NCBI GenBank assembly: GCA_030265395.1
Contig: JARFYF010000112.1
Location: 15,700,289 to 15,764,288 of the forward strand
Reading direction: 5' to 3'
From: Rhina ancylostomus
Taxonomy: Eukaryota
Length of the DNA stretch: 64,000 nt
The stretch's first letter is position 1. Each line of letters opens with the position of its first letter. This document shows, one piece after another, positions 1 through 13,029 of this stretch. Both the position numbers and the translations under genes were made by a program. The notes under the pieces were generated by a model. It was not told the DNA's origin, searched no databases, and saw only the letters and a list, made by a program, of their open reading frames with translations.

Positions 1-100
1 ACTTATAGTAATTTCTAAGTCTTTGTCTTGCACTGTACTGCTGCTGCAAAATGACAAATGTCATGACATGTGTCAGTGATAGTAAACCTGATTCTGATCT
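1..100 (+). mobile_element. 3' tail of a non-LTR retroelement (Rex/Babar-like)
   Basis: ttgcactgtactgctgctgcaaaa…gacatgtgtcagtgatagtaaacctgattctgat-type tail. Confidence 0.5.
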
Positions 101-2949
101 GGATCCCACAGCCATGGTTAAGTGCTTCCTCCTCACCTAATTGCTGAGTTACTCACTACCTTACTCTCACATTGACCAAAGCATCTCCCTGACAGAGCCA
201 ACAATTCCTTCCAGTCTCCTTCTGCTGACACCTGCAACCCATTCAGCTCAAGGTCCTCAGACATGGGTTGATAAACTCAGAACATCAAAATTGGTGCTGA
301 CTAACTCTACTATTAGAATCAGGTCTTCCATACCAGCCCCACAGTTCCCAACTACTAAGGGAACCCAGAACTACATCACATTTACATAGCCTAAAATTAG
401 CTATTAAGTCCAACAGATCCATGCTGGTACCTATGCTCCATGTGATAGCAGGTTCTATATTCCAACCACTCTGCATTAAAAATTCTGACTCCCTGCTAGA
501 TTTATTGGTGGTGATCTTGCATTTCCAAACCACATCTGGCTAAATCCATCAAGGAATTTCTCCAAAGCAGCATCAGTCCTCACTACCACATTAGCTCTGT
601 GAGCCTCTCTCCCCAGGACCTCTCAAACTTTGCTTTGAGGACTCCAGTGTGTGAGGGAAAGTATACACAAGGCGATCAAGTAATGCCTCAAATTTTGTAG
701 CAGCAGGACCAAAGCCCAAATGGTCATTTCAACAACCTTTTAGTGTGCTTTTCACAATGCAGATCAATTTCAAGGCCTCTTAGCATTTCCAGTTTCCTAT
801 ATACAATCTGGCAGACACAACATAGAATATGCATAATGATAAGGGGAATTGTGTCAAATTTTGAATCAAGTTTTTAAAAAGGGATTTTTGAGTATGTATG
901 GTCAACTTCGGATTAATTTCATCTATAGGGGAATGTACATTACCCAAAACCTTCTATGTTCAATCCCCGAGAATTAGCCAGTTCCAACAAGAACGTCCAA
1001 ACTGCAAACACACAGCACCCTAGGTCAGTACAGAAACAAGTCGCTGAAGCCATGAAGAAGCACCACTAACCACAGCACTATGTGCTGCTCATGTTTTCAT
1101 ATTGATCTATCTCTATGCAAGTTTTCAAAATATCCATTTCACATTGTATTGTTCACTCTGCAGATTCCCCATCAAATATTTATGGATGTCTCTTTCTGGA
1201 AGCAATCTAGATTCTTGGATAATTACTCATTAAAGCTCACTGATAAAACCCATCAGTATCTTCTGACTTATGTACAGAAAAGATTATTTTCAGCTTCTGA
1301 CAAATTTCCCACATAAAGTGCATGAAAGTTATTTTTCCCTCCATTTTAATTTTACCTTCACCCACAGAATTTCCATCTCTTGGTAACAGATCTGAGCTTT
1401 TACTAATAGCAAGAAACTGTTTCATCTGATATCCCCCAAATTATGATTATATTTTGTCAGTTCAACCTCATGGTACCATAATTTGACATTCCAATACCAA
1501 GCACAGCTCTTTCTCATGGTTGAGACACAAAATGGAGCATGCTTCACTCATCTGCACATCTGAGCTGTAGTGGGGTCCTATGTACACCACCTGTTCAAAG
1601 AGCAACCAACCTCATTCACAAGAACACTGCCAACAAAATCATTCTGATTTTGTACTACAGATTATCCCTAACCAGATGGGAACAGCAATATCATTGGAAC
1701 TTATTGCTACATTGAGTGAAACCATTGATTCATTGATTTAATGAGGAAGAAATGGCTGATAAATTACTGGAATGGGATTAAGTATGGATGGGAGAAAATT
1801 AGATGGGGCATAAACACCAGCACCAACCAGCTAAATGACCCATTTCTGTGCTGTAAATTCAAATTACTATTGTCTTTTGTTTCCCTTTAATATATGTGGC
1901 TTTTTAATTCATCTGTAAAGCAGTCACAGGTATTCACAAAGCAGATGCTCAGAGACATCATAATAGTGCAAAACTTGTGGCCAGTTATACCCTTCACTAT
2001 TTCCAGTAGTGCACATCAAATTTTGCAACTGTCCCAGCAGATACGCATGGATCAGAGATCACGCAGGCTCCACGGGAAGCTATGATGCTAGTTCAGGAGG
2101 ATGATATACCTCCCATTGCATCACTGGAAGTGCTGGGTTGTGCACATATTAGCTGACACGAAAGTCTACACATCAAACACTTATTCAGTTCCACAGTTTA
2201 TTCATTTTTTGAGAAGGTCTTACGGATGATATTAATTGGCATGATGGAGTACTATTGCTTCTTCACTTAGCCCACCCAGCTAACTCTGTTGCAGTAGATC
2301 CAATGTGAAATCTTTGTTCACTATTCCCTTTGCATTCCCTGATCATCTTACCATTATATCCTTGACTACAATATATCCAATTAGTGAAACGCCATGCTTT
2401 CAGGCAGAAAACTTCTCTGCACTATTTTTAACTGCTTTGTGCAACATTAAAATAATTATTTTTCATTTAACTCAATAATTGCAGGAGTAAAATGAAACTT
2501 ACCTTTCAATCTGACTGTACATCTAGAAGTTCGTCAGTAATCCAATGAAAGTTTAAACAAATAACTCAGATGCTTCACTCAATTTATAGTCATTTTGGCT
2601 AAGTCAATTTTCAGAGGGAAAGGAGCCTTAAATTAATGCTAAATACTTATCTTCTGTCACCATTACATTTCTTTTCAGTCACATCTACTAAAATCAATGA
2701 TAAGAGGAAAAGCTAACCTATTATATTTTATCTGCATGCTTGCATCTTTGTCAGGCAGCTTGGATAAACTGTATTCAATGTACATTCACTAAGTAAATTT
2801 CAAATGATTAATCAATAAATGCAGTGATTAATCATAACAATTCAACAAAACTGCCAAGCTAGAAGAGATCTTATTGTTCCCAGCTCCAGTAGGAAGAAGG
2901 ATGAAGCAAAAAAAAAACAGAAGGGTTGATATGACTAAACGGCATTTAC

Positions 2950-2973
2950 CTTTTTCTCCATGGTTGGCGATGA
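2950..2973 (-). CDS. MAPK8IP3: MAPK8IP3 24-nt frame-preserving alternative microexon
   Basis: ttctgtgttaccacag|TCATCGCCAACCATGGAGAAAAAG|gtaaat, phase 2-2, encodes (N)HRQPWRK(S/R). It resembles the SPRQSWRKS insert of mammalian JIP3 isoforms at this position. Confidence 0.85.
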
Positions 2974-5794
2974 CTGTGGTAACACAGAAAACAGCCACAA
3001 CAGCAGCAACAGCATAGCACAGAGAGCAGGACGAGAAGAACACAATTAATTCACACAGTTCAAAGGTCACAAACCAGCACAACACGCAGCCAGCTGGCTA
3101 CCAGCAAGAGAAGCCCCAACGTCACAGACAAAGAAAAAGCAAGCATTGCATAAACAATATTCTACTGCACAATGAGAGCATGAGTGTAGATATGCCAGGT
3201 CACAGATAGCTGCTTTGATTTAGCAGAGTAAATGCCAAAACTTTAACTCTTCCTATTGATCATTCTAAAAGTTAATCAAAAAAGGTAACAAAATGCCATT
3301 CTTTAATATTCATTAATTTAGGACATATTCATCCAATTTAAGTTAGTAAAAGTGTTAATGTCACATGATCAAACTTCAGTGTGCAAGTTTGATATCCTTT
3401 GGGTTTACTTCTTCAGGACACCAAAAAATGTAACTAATCTTTTGCTTCTCTAATAACCAGTAGTGACATCAGTGGAATTGTCCAAAACAATAACAAAACT
3501 ATAAAAATATCAGCTGTCAAGGAGTTTCTTTAATTACTTGGCATATCTACTGGAAGTCAGCATGAGTCCAACAACACCTTGAATGCTGCTCTCCTGTCTG
3601 TACCTACTGGGCCTGAGATATCACTTAGGTGAACTCTGAAACTTTTCATAAGTAATTTGACATATCAACCATTTCATATCATGGCAAAGGATGAGACCAT
3701 TGAAACTCTCCCAAAAGAGGACTTTTGTGCATGCCAATTATACACTGGAATGGATATAGGAAGCTAAAGAAAGGGTCAAAAGGATTGATAAAATTACTGC
3801 AGATTATCCTGAGAATCATTGAAGTATTATCACAAACCTTGACACAAACTTGGCACTGATATTATATTGGTGTTGAGCCCAATAATTTCAAGATGATAAT
3901 GACCTATGTAAACATTCAGAATTTCTCAGTAACAAATGGAGCTACTGAAACTCATCACACAAGTAGATGTTGACTGGTTCCAGTGGAAGCAAAAGCCCCC
4001 CAAAATTATGGTGCAGATAGGTTTAGTTGCAGTGAGGGAGTTCACAAGAACTCCATTCAAAATCTTGTATTTTCTTGTTAAATGCTGGTTAAAATTTGAC
4101 CATACCACGGCAATCTGTCCATTTCCCAATACAATTCTCTCCCATAAAACAGTTTAGAGATGTTTTAACCTGGAAGGTTTGACAACAATTCATCAGGCAG
4201 TATAACTTTCTGCCTCCTCCAGCTAAATCTTGAACAATACCCACCACTCAGAGACGAGCACTATTGTGGATTTAATCAACTTTGCTTCATTTCGGATGTT
4301 AAATTCACCTCAACATATCAATCATTGATCCAGTGAGTGTCGTCAGCTATATCGCATTGAAGTTCACTCAAGCAGATAAATCATGCTGACATTCTCTTTG
4401 CTTTCAATTAAATTAATTATGCACCCAAATCAGAATGATATTTTGCTACTGGGAGATTTATTTGCAATTCAGACCAGTGTGGCCATCCTGTGCAAGGTCC
4501 ATGATAAAATTTTTTTTAAAGACATCCTGCAGCACCAGCTGCATAGTCTTCCAATTAAATCACATTTATACTCGGGGGACAATAAAGAATAGATATTAGG
4601 ACTATTGATGTTTGAGGTTAGTTCCAGCACTTCATATCTTAATGACCAGTAAAGGCCACACAGCTTATGCATGCTAAACAACCACATTCAATCCTGACAT
4701 TTGTCTTTTTCAGAAATTATCTACTGTGAAAGATGCATAATATCAATTTTAGGACCACTCCTTGGGGTATTCACTTAGTTGTTTAAAAACTTGAATATTA
4801 CCCAAGGTGACAACTTAAAATTTTAGAACACCTCTGGTTAGTGTGATCAAAATAATTCATGTTGGACTTTAATTAAATGCTTCTGGCAATCTAATGGAAA
4901 GTACAAAATTAAATTCCAGTCTCTCTGCCAGACTCAGACTCATCAGATTACTTTCAAATCATACTTTTTATTCTTAAGTACAATAAATAATATCAATTGT
5001 TTCATTCCTACCATTGTGTCCTTCCATTTATTTGTGTGTGCATGTTTGCTAACTTTTCTGAAACATATTCTATGCTCTGGGAAAACTACCTATCACTTTT
5101 AAATGTTTCTGCCCTCAAAAAGACTCATTCCTTTGTGGAGGTCAGTGAAGAAACTATTGGAGAATCTGACCTTTCATGTGAAGGAAAGGGGAACAGGGCT
5201 TCATTTATTTTTGGAGAGTGATGATATCAGGGACAATTAAACTAGACTACAACAGATGAAGAGTGAAGACACCATTTAAAATTAGGTATCTGCATGGAGG
5301 CAGGAAGGTCAGTTCTGTCAAGCTGAAGTTAGAATTAGCATCACTAAGGATGAGACTCAGGCTAGCAGTGAAGCCCAAACCATACCACTAAACACAGTCA
5401 GTGACAGCTCAGTAATGGTTCAATAAGGAAATATGCTGCATCACATGGCACTGAACCACAGAGACCAGCAAGGGCCTATGTTTGATTTCTGCCCCATGCT
5501 GAGTCAAGATAAAGGGTGCAGCATGACAACTGAATCACCTGTGACTCTGGGATACAACCGAGTCAGAAAGTTGAGCGCCAAGCCCCACTCCGGCAACTTA
5601 AACACAAAATCTCAGCTGCAGTTTCGGTGCAATCATGAAGAAATGCTATACTAATGGAGATGTCATCTTTCAAACGAGGAGATGTTAAATTGTCGGGTTT
5701 ACTCTAGGCTGTGACAGATTTTTGGACTCAAAGAGAAATCAAGTGAAATGGCAATTGGATGGAAAAAGAGAGTTGAGAATGGGATCAAATATAA

Positions 5795-6723
5795 TCCAGG
5801 CACCTAAAATTGATGGAGTTGTGAATAGTGTGGATAGTTGTCAAAGGATGCAGCAGGATATGGATCAGCTGGAAATTTGGATAGATGGAGTTTAATCCAG
5901 AGAAGTGAGGTGTTGCATTTTGGGACATCAAATGCAAGAGGAAAGTGTACAGTATATGGCAGGAGCCTTGGGAGCACTAATGTTCAGAGGGAGTTTGGGG
6001 TGCAAGTGCACAGCTCCCTGAAAGTGGCAATTAAGTGGATAGGGTAGTAAAGAAAGCATACAACATAGTTGCCTTCATCAGTCGGGGCACTGAGTATAAA
6101 TGTTGGCAAGCCACATTGCAGCTGTATAAAATTTTGGTTAAGCCACATTCGGAAGAATTTGTGCAGTTCTGGTTGCCACACTACAGGAAGAATGTGGAGA
6201 CTTTGGAGAGGGTGCAGAATAGGGTGCTGCCTAGTTCAAAGTACTAGCTATAAAAGGAGAGGTAGAACAAACTTGGACTGTTTACTCTGGAGCATCAGAA
6301 ATATATAAAATAGAAATATATAAAATTACGAGAGGCATAGATACTGCAGGTTAGACAGAGTCTTTTCCTCAGAGTGGAAATGTCAAATACTAGAGGACAT
6401 AGCTTTAAGATGAGAGGGGAAAGTTAAAGGAGATTTGCGAGGCAAATTTTTTTTAAGAGAGCGGTAGATGATGGGAAGGGGCTGCCAGGAAAGGTGGATA
6501 GCAGTGTTGAAGAGGCATTTAGACAGACACATGAACAGGCAAGGAATAGAGGGAGCAACAGCAATAGCAGATTCCAACATATGCAGTCCCTTCTATCTCC
6601 ATGAAAGAGGGATACAGACTATGTGCAGGCAGGTGGGATTAGTTAGATTGGTATGATGGTTAGTACAGAGATGGTGAGTCACAGGGCCTATTTCTGTGCT
6701 ATGATGTTCTATGGTCTATGTTC
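5795..6723 (+). mobile_element. CR1/HER1-like LINE 3' fragment
   Basis: Decayed RT C-terminus (EVLHFG; LYKILVKPHSEEFVQFWLPHYRKNVETLERVQ) and a TTCTATG-type tail. Confidence 0.85.
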
Positions 6724-7812
6724 TTAACTCAATTATGTCGATGGAATCAATTACTCCCCAAACTATTAACTTTAGCAATAAACAGGAATACTTGTGTAAT
6801 ATCATTTAAGTATATAACTGTGCACTACCCCAAAGTCATTTAAAGGAGTGGATGGTGCCCCATCCCATTAATTTTCTTGCTGCCTAAGGACACCCAGCCT
6901 TTGTTCATTAGTACCTTACAACAGGGCTATGACCATGAACCAACATGCTGAAACTGGTATTATTGTTGTTCCTTTGTGGCATTATCTCAGCTGCTTTTTA
7001 AAAAAAAAAATCAACAAATATATCATTAGTTACCGTCTAGGGAAGCCTACTGCATACCAAATTTTGAGCCAGGTATAAGAACATTGCATTTACAATCTCC
7101 AGTTACACAATCCATGATTCTCAAATAATCAACTAGCATTCAGACCTTCCAGGGCTCTCAGCATTTCAAAAACCTTGATTCTAATTAATCCTAACATTAA
7201 ATCTGTTACCCATACTAGTATTCTACCATTATCCTACATTTCAGGGAAAATTTTCAACTTACTAGGTGTGGCTACCAAGTGTTGAAATGGAAGCTGCACA
7301 GTTTCTACAAAAGGTAGACAATGCTCAATGTCATCTGAATGGCCCAAGTGCCAAGTTGAAAATCCATCAAGCTAATGCTGAAATTGTCCATCTAAAGTTC
7401 CACATTGATCCTGGCAATATAATTGCAAATTTTCCCTATACAATCCTGACAGAGCAATGACACTGAAGGTGAAATGATTACTTGACCCTGCCGGAATATT
7501 GATGCAACATTCATTCTACAGTGACACAAGGCTGCTGCACTCTTCCAATGACAGTACTGGTGCACAATGACAGTACAAGTTCTCTTACTCACTGAACTAA
7601 ATGCACTGGGGGATAAAAAGGTAATGAAATAACATCATGCTACAAACACACCTTTCCAGTTACATTTTACTAACTCAAAAATGGAATCTCAATCAGATAG
7701 ATGAGTACAGTTAAAAAAATTAATTACATTGATATTTTAAGCCACCCTGTGCAGACAATCCGCCACCAGCAACCTATCACAGCAAAAACAACTGGCTTAA
7801 CACAACGCTTAC

Positions 7813-7907
7813 TTGTTCCTGCTAGACATCGTTCCATCTGATTGGGCATTTCCCCCTACTTGGTGCAGCTTGGACCGTTCTATATGTTCCACGTAAGTTT
7901 GTATCAT
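7813..7907 (-). CDS. MAPK8IP3: MAPK8IP3 coding exon 4, 95 nt
   Basis: tttcactttgcag|ATGATACAA...AACAA|gtaagc gives [44 protein letters not shown] is the JIP3 version; JIP4 has MIHNYMEHLERTK. Confidence 0.96.
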
Positions 7908-8554
7908 CTGCAAAGTGAAAGAAATATTTAGTCACATAAAACAGAGGAAGATTAATTTTCATATCCCTAAATATCATTTTAGCTCTCCATCCACACAATG
8001 GAGTAGCTTGTCAGGGACAAGACACAAGGCATAAAATTGAGTGAGCTCCTGGAAACAATGATGCCCTCCAGCCTTTTCAATAGTACATTATGTACAGTAC
8101 ATTTTAAAAATATTAGAGGATGCCAATTTTGACATTTTTCTATCCATTCTACCAGCTAATACATAAAATGGTGCAGCATCAAATTTCACTCATCCTTATA
8201 TCTGAGATCTTGTAGAAGAGATTTCACCCCTTTACATTATCATTCAAGTTAATGCAAATATAGTTGGACTTGAATGGTTTGGAATAATTAAAGGAATAAC
8301 ATGTTACAAAACAGATCAATAGGAAGTTGAATTGTGCTCCTGTCCACTCTATAGTCAGTTGTTGACACTGGCCATGGTGAAAAAAGAACTTGCAACATAA
8401 CTACTAACGAGGAAAATTAAAAGGCTGAGTAAACCGGATAGTGCCAATTGTAACAGCAAAAACATAGGATTCCAGCAATTCAATGCTACAATTTTAATGC
8501 ATAATATCTGCCTTGATGTTCAATTGGTTGCAGAAGGTGACTCAACTATGCCAG

Positions 8555-8680
8555 AATAAAAAGGAAATGCTGTACACATTCAGCAGGCCAGGCAACATCC
8601 AAAGAAAGAAAAACAGAGTTAACATTTCAGGGAGATGACCTATCATCAGAACTAAAGAAAACTGGAAACCAAAAAAGTTG
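8555..8680 (-). mobile_element. Penelope-type terminal repeat fragment with a hammerhead-like motif
   Basis: aaatgctg…cagcaggccaggcaacatc…aacagagttaacatttcagg. Related copies lie near 9500, 22040, 26740, 42420 and 52830. Confidence 0.55.
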
Positions 8681-8699
8681 CAAGTTCTCATATCATATT

Positions 8700-8900
8700 T
8701 TCTTATGACACATAAGCAGGCCATTTGGCCTATCGAGTCTATGCCAACTCTCAGAGCATTCCCCTCAATCTCATCCCAACTCTGTAGCCTATTCTCCCTC
8801 ACATGTCCATCAACTCCTCTCAATTTCCGTCATCCAGCTACACTAGAGAAAATTTATAGCATGTTTCTATGAGGAATCAGAGCACCCAGAAATCCATGCA
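8700..8900 (-). mobile_element. V-SINE/HE1-like SINE fragment
   Basis: CR1-like tail (caggccatttggcc) plus a body similar to the copies at 11300-11536 and 32530-33180. Confidence 0.6.
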
Positions 8901-11068
8901 GCTTATTGGTGCAACTCTACCAACAGCTCTACCTATTGTACCAATAAGATGTCCTGCTTCAAAATAAATGTCACAGGACTTTTTCCAAGCATCTGAAGGG
9001 CATACAGACCATAAAGGCAGCACCATACACTATATTACTTGAAGACAGCAGTCTGGAAGGTGTGTCCAGCTCTACAGAGCAGTATGAAAAACATTGTCTT
9101 TCAATTGTGCCTTTCACTTCTAACCTCAGTACAAATAAACATCACCATTCTCCCAGTGTTGGGAATATAAACCTGGAGAGTAAACTTAGCCTGAATAGAT
9201 AGTGTAAAGCTGTCTCTACACTGTTCCATAAAACACTCCCAGGTCACAGGTTAGATAGAGACTTTGGAATTCAAGTCCAGGGAACAGGCTACTGACCTTC
9301 CTGGTCCTCAGATGGAGTAAAGTCACAAAGAAGGGGAAGGGGTGGAGAAAAGTAATTGTCCATGATAAGGTTGAGACCAAGAGAAGATGCATGATACCCG
9401 TGATGAGAGTGCTGGCTGAGAGGGGGCCATGAAGCCTTTTTAAAATACCCTTGTTCTTTCCACCCCTTGCTCTTCTCTGCAATAAATGTTTGATTCCTAA
9501 ACTTTCCTCAATTCGGATGAAATGTCATCACCTTGGAACATTAACCATTTCTGTCTCCACAGGAGCAATTCAGCCCCATGAGCCAGTTCTGCTATTCAGA
9601 AAGACCATAGCTGATCTGATTTTTGGTCTCAACTCCACTTTCTCTCATGATCCCCAAAAACCATGATTCTGCTATTGTAACAAAAATCTACCTCAATTTT
9701 GTAAATATTTCATGACTCACAGCTCCCTGGAGTAGAGTATTCCACAGATCCACAGCTCTGAGAGGAAAAAAAAAATTCCTTCTCGTCTCAATCTTACCCT
9801 GAGGCTATGCCCCTTGGTCCTGGAGCCTCCACCAAGAAGCGCATTTCAGAACACCATAAAGGTAAGTGCAATTGAGTGCACTACCCCATCAAGTCCTCCT
9901 GGGATCTAATTGCTTCTCAGGCTTCTAAACTTGAGAGAGTATTGACACAATCTTTCTGAATCAAGAATTTGATAGAGTCAAAAGCAGACTGGGAAAAATT
10001 AACAGTTACAAGAACAGACTGACCCTGCAATTTCATGACTTTATACACAGATCTCTGAATAAATAACAATGACTTGTGCTCACAAACCTGAATCAAAAGG
10101 AAAATCACATTCAAACCTATATGCACTAAAAGAACATATGCAATTAAAGACACATACATTGACTACAGAAATCTACAGGATTATATTTCCTATTTCTAGT
10201 AAAGTTATGATCACTAAAGGATACAGAGAGCACAAAATGTAAATCTGCCTCAGTAACCCCGACAAAGAATTGAAGAATGCTCACTATTACTCTTGCTCCT
10301 TCTACTGTCTTTAAGCTGTCTCACTGCTGATCCAACTTAGAACATTGAATGAACAGAAATTTACTCCAGCAAAATACCAAGAATATTGGGAATGTTTTCA
10401 AAGTATTCTGTGGCAAATTTGCTTTCATGAACCTCTACCTATTCCAGAGTATAAAGCAAGATCTTTACAATCTGAAGTAAAAGCTATTTAAATTTCTACT
10501 TATCCTGTGATTAGATGCAGTACTGAATATAATTTTCAGGTATGAAGATCACCTTGAGCATAATTAGATACAATACTTTGTGTAACAATAGGGTAAGTTT
10601 TCATTTTCACCCCAAGGGTAATCTGGTAGAACAGACTGACCACCTGTTATTGACTGACTACCTGGTTTTCATTTTGTAGAAAAGAATAGAACAAAAATAT
10701 CTAAGGGCTCTACATAGGGCAGATAATCTTCCCTACTAAAATATACCCAACATTGAAATTGAAACTCCATTCCCAAGTGCTTCAACTTAGGAATAGTGGG
10801 GTTACACCATTCATTTCTTCCGACATATTAATGTCAAAAATAATCTTCAGTCACTGTTACGTTCCCACAATAACCTGCAATCCGAAAGATTCCTAATTTA
10901 GCTATGCCTCAAATACCTTGCTGCAAAATACCAAATTCTCCCTCTCAGATCACCCTGCGATGACACTTGATGGCCACCTCAGACTTGTGCAAGGGTTCCA
11001 CTGTCAAAAGTCAGTGTCACTCATACGAACATGTTTGCATAGGGATATATTGACTGTTGGTCACTTAC

Positions 11069-11139
11069 CTCAGTATGTCTCAGATGTAAAGCATTATATT
11101 CCTTCTTCATCTCTGCCTCCCGCTCTTCCAGTCTGGTAA
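11069..11139 (-). CDS. MAPK8IP3: MAPK8IP3 coding exon 3, 71 nt
   Basis: ttgttacag|TTACCAGA...ACTGAG|gtaagt. In phase with the previous exon it gives (L)TRLEEREAEMKKEYNALHLRHTE. Confidence 0.96.
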
Positions 11140-11299
11140 CTGTAACAATAGTACACAGCTGAATAAGACTTTCAATATAAATGGATATAAAGAATCCTAT
11201 CCAACAAAGTCAAATTAAATCCAGAAATGCAGAAAGAGAATTTTAAGAATTAAACTTATGATGGGTGAAAAAAAAATGAACAGAATTTGAATTTATTTG

Positions 11300-11536
11300 T
11301 TATGACACAGAAGACAGCCAATTAGGTCCATGTCAGATCCCAGCAGAACAATCCCATCAGTTCCATTCCCTTCTTATTACCATGCGAGAGAGACTCAGTT
11401 CCCTGGAACTTGGTCTCTCTCACATCTCCAACAACTCCCCATTGATTCTTTTGCAAGTAACCTACACTAAGGAAATTTACACTAGCCAATTAACCTACCA
11501 GTTCATCTTTGGGACGTGGGAAGAAACTGCAGCACT
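11300..11536 (-). mobile_element. V-SINE/HE1-like SINE fragment running into a gap
   Basis: …gccaattaacctacc…tctttgggacgtgggaagaaac, the V-domain-like motif. Confidence 0.7.
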
Positions 11537-13029
11537 NNNNNNNNNNNNNNNNNNNNNNNNNNNNNNNNNNNNNNNNNNNNNNNNNNNNNNNNNNNNNNNN
11601 NNNNNNNNNNNNNNNNNNNNNNNNNNNNNNNNNNNNNNNNNNNNNNNNNNNNNNNNNNNNNNNNNNNNNNNNNNNNNNNNNNNNNNNNNNNNNNNNNNNN
11701 NNNNNNNNNNNNNNNNNNNNNNNNNNNNNNNNNNNNNNNNNNNNNNNNNNNNNNNNNNNNNNNNNNNNNNNNNNNNNNNNNNNNNNNNNNNNNNNNNNNN
11801 CATCCTTCCAACAATTCCAAGACCGCAGGAATATGATTTTGAACACTAGGGCTACAGAACAAACTGAGCATTACGATAAGCCTCCTTTCAGAAAACCTGC
11901 ATAATGTTACGGATTCAGGCCTCCACTGCTTTAAATTTGGGAAAAAAAATCCTTGAAAATGAGTTCCATTTCCATAACCCAAGCACCTACTACAATCCAT
12001 CACAGGATTTTCACTGCTTTGACCGAAGACTCAAGGGAAGCAGTTGATGCCTATGGGGTGGAATCATCAGCAAAGGAGAAGGGAGACTGAACTCTGTGTC
12101 ACTGACATGAAGGACAGAAGAGTTATTGAAAAAAAAAGACAAAGTCAGAAGCATTTGCAACAATACTAGCAAAGTGGAAATTACATAGCCAGGAACAATT
12201 TTAATAAAAGGTCATAATGGGTGGTGGATTTTCATCTGCCCATGCCAATTAGTACTAAATTACAATGGGCAAAAATTTTAAAATAAAAACACAATCTAGC
12301 ACTGAACTTCAAAGGATAATTTTAGGAAAGGAAAGCCCAAAGCCTGATTAAGGAGGTATGTGTTAACAAGGGCAAAGAGAGATAGAGAAGTGGAGAGGAA
12401 TTAGAGACAGGATTCTAAAACTTAATGTCTCAGCAGAAGAAACTAGTGGTAGAGCAACTGGGATGATCACAAGCACAAAGTTGGAGGCATACACCTTGGA
12501 AGATTCTATGGATGAATTAAGGCACAAAGATGAAGAGCTACAGGCTCATGAATGGCTTTTCATTTTGGGCCTTAATTCATCCATAGAGGGTCATGAATGA
12601 AATCAAACCATTGCTTAATTAGGAGCAAAAAAATAGGCCAGTAACCAGAGGTGTAAATGGCGACTGGGTCATAGTGCAAGTTAAGATGGCCTCAAACTTT
12701 AGAGGACAGAGCAATGCAAATATGCCAAAAGCAATTTGATAGTTAAAACTGAAAACAAAATAACATGGATGAGACTTAGCAGGGGAGCTTAGGAAATAGT
12801 CAGGTTGTGTTATGGAGGCATACATAGGTAGATTTCATATTGGCACAATATGTGGCTGAAATTCATCTCAAGAAGTTTATAGCTACAAAACAGAGTTTGT
12901 AACAAGAACCAAGGCTACGGCAGATGAGACAAGGCCTGATGATACCTTATGAGACAAAATCAGATCTGGCAATGAATGACTAACAATTTCTTTTCTTACT
13001 AACGACATCACCTCTTCTCAGTATTCTAA

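Noticed and set aside
6297-6326. Short tandem duplications (also near 17306-17331 and 42952-42979)
   Set aside because: These are two-copy slippage events with no spacers, so not CRISPR-like.
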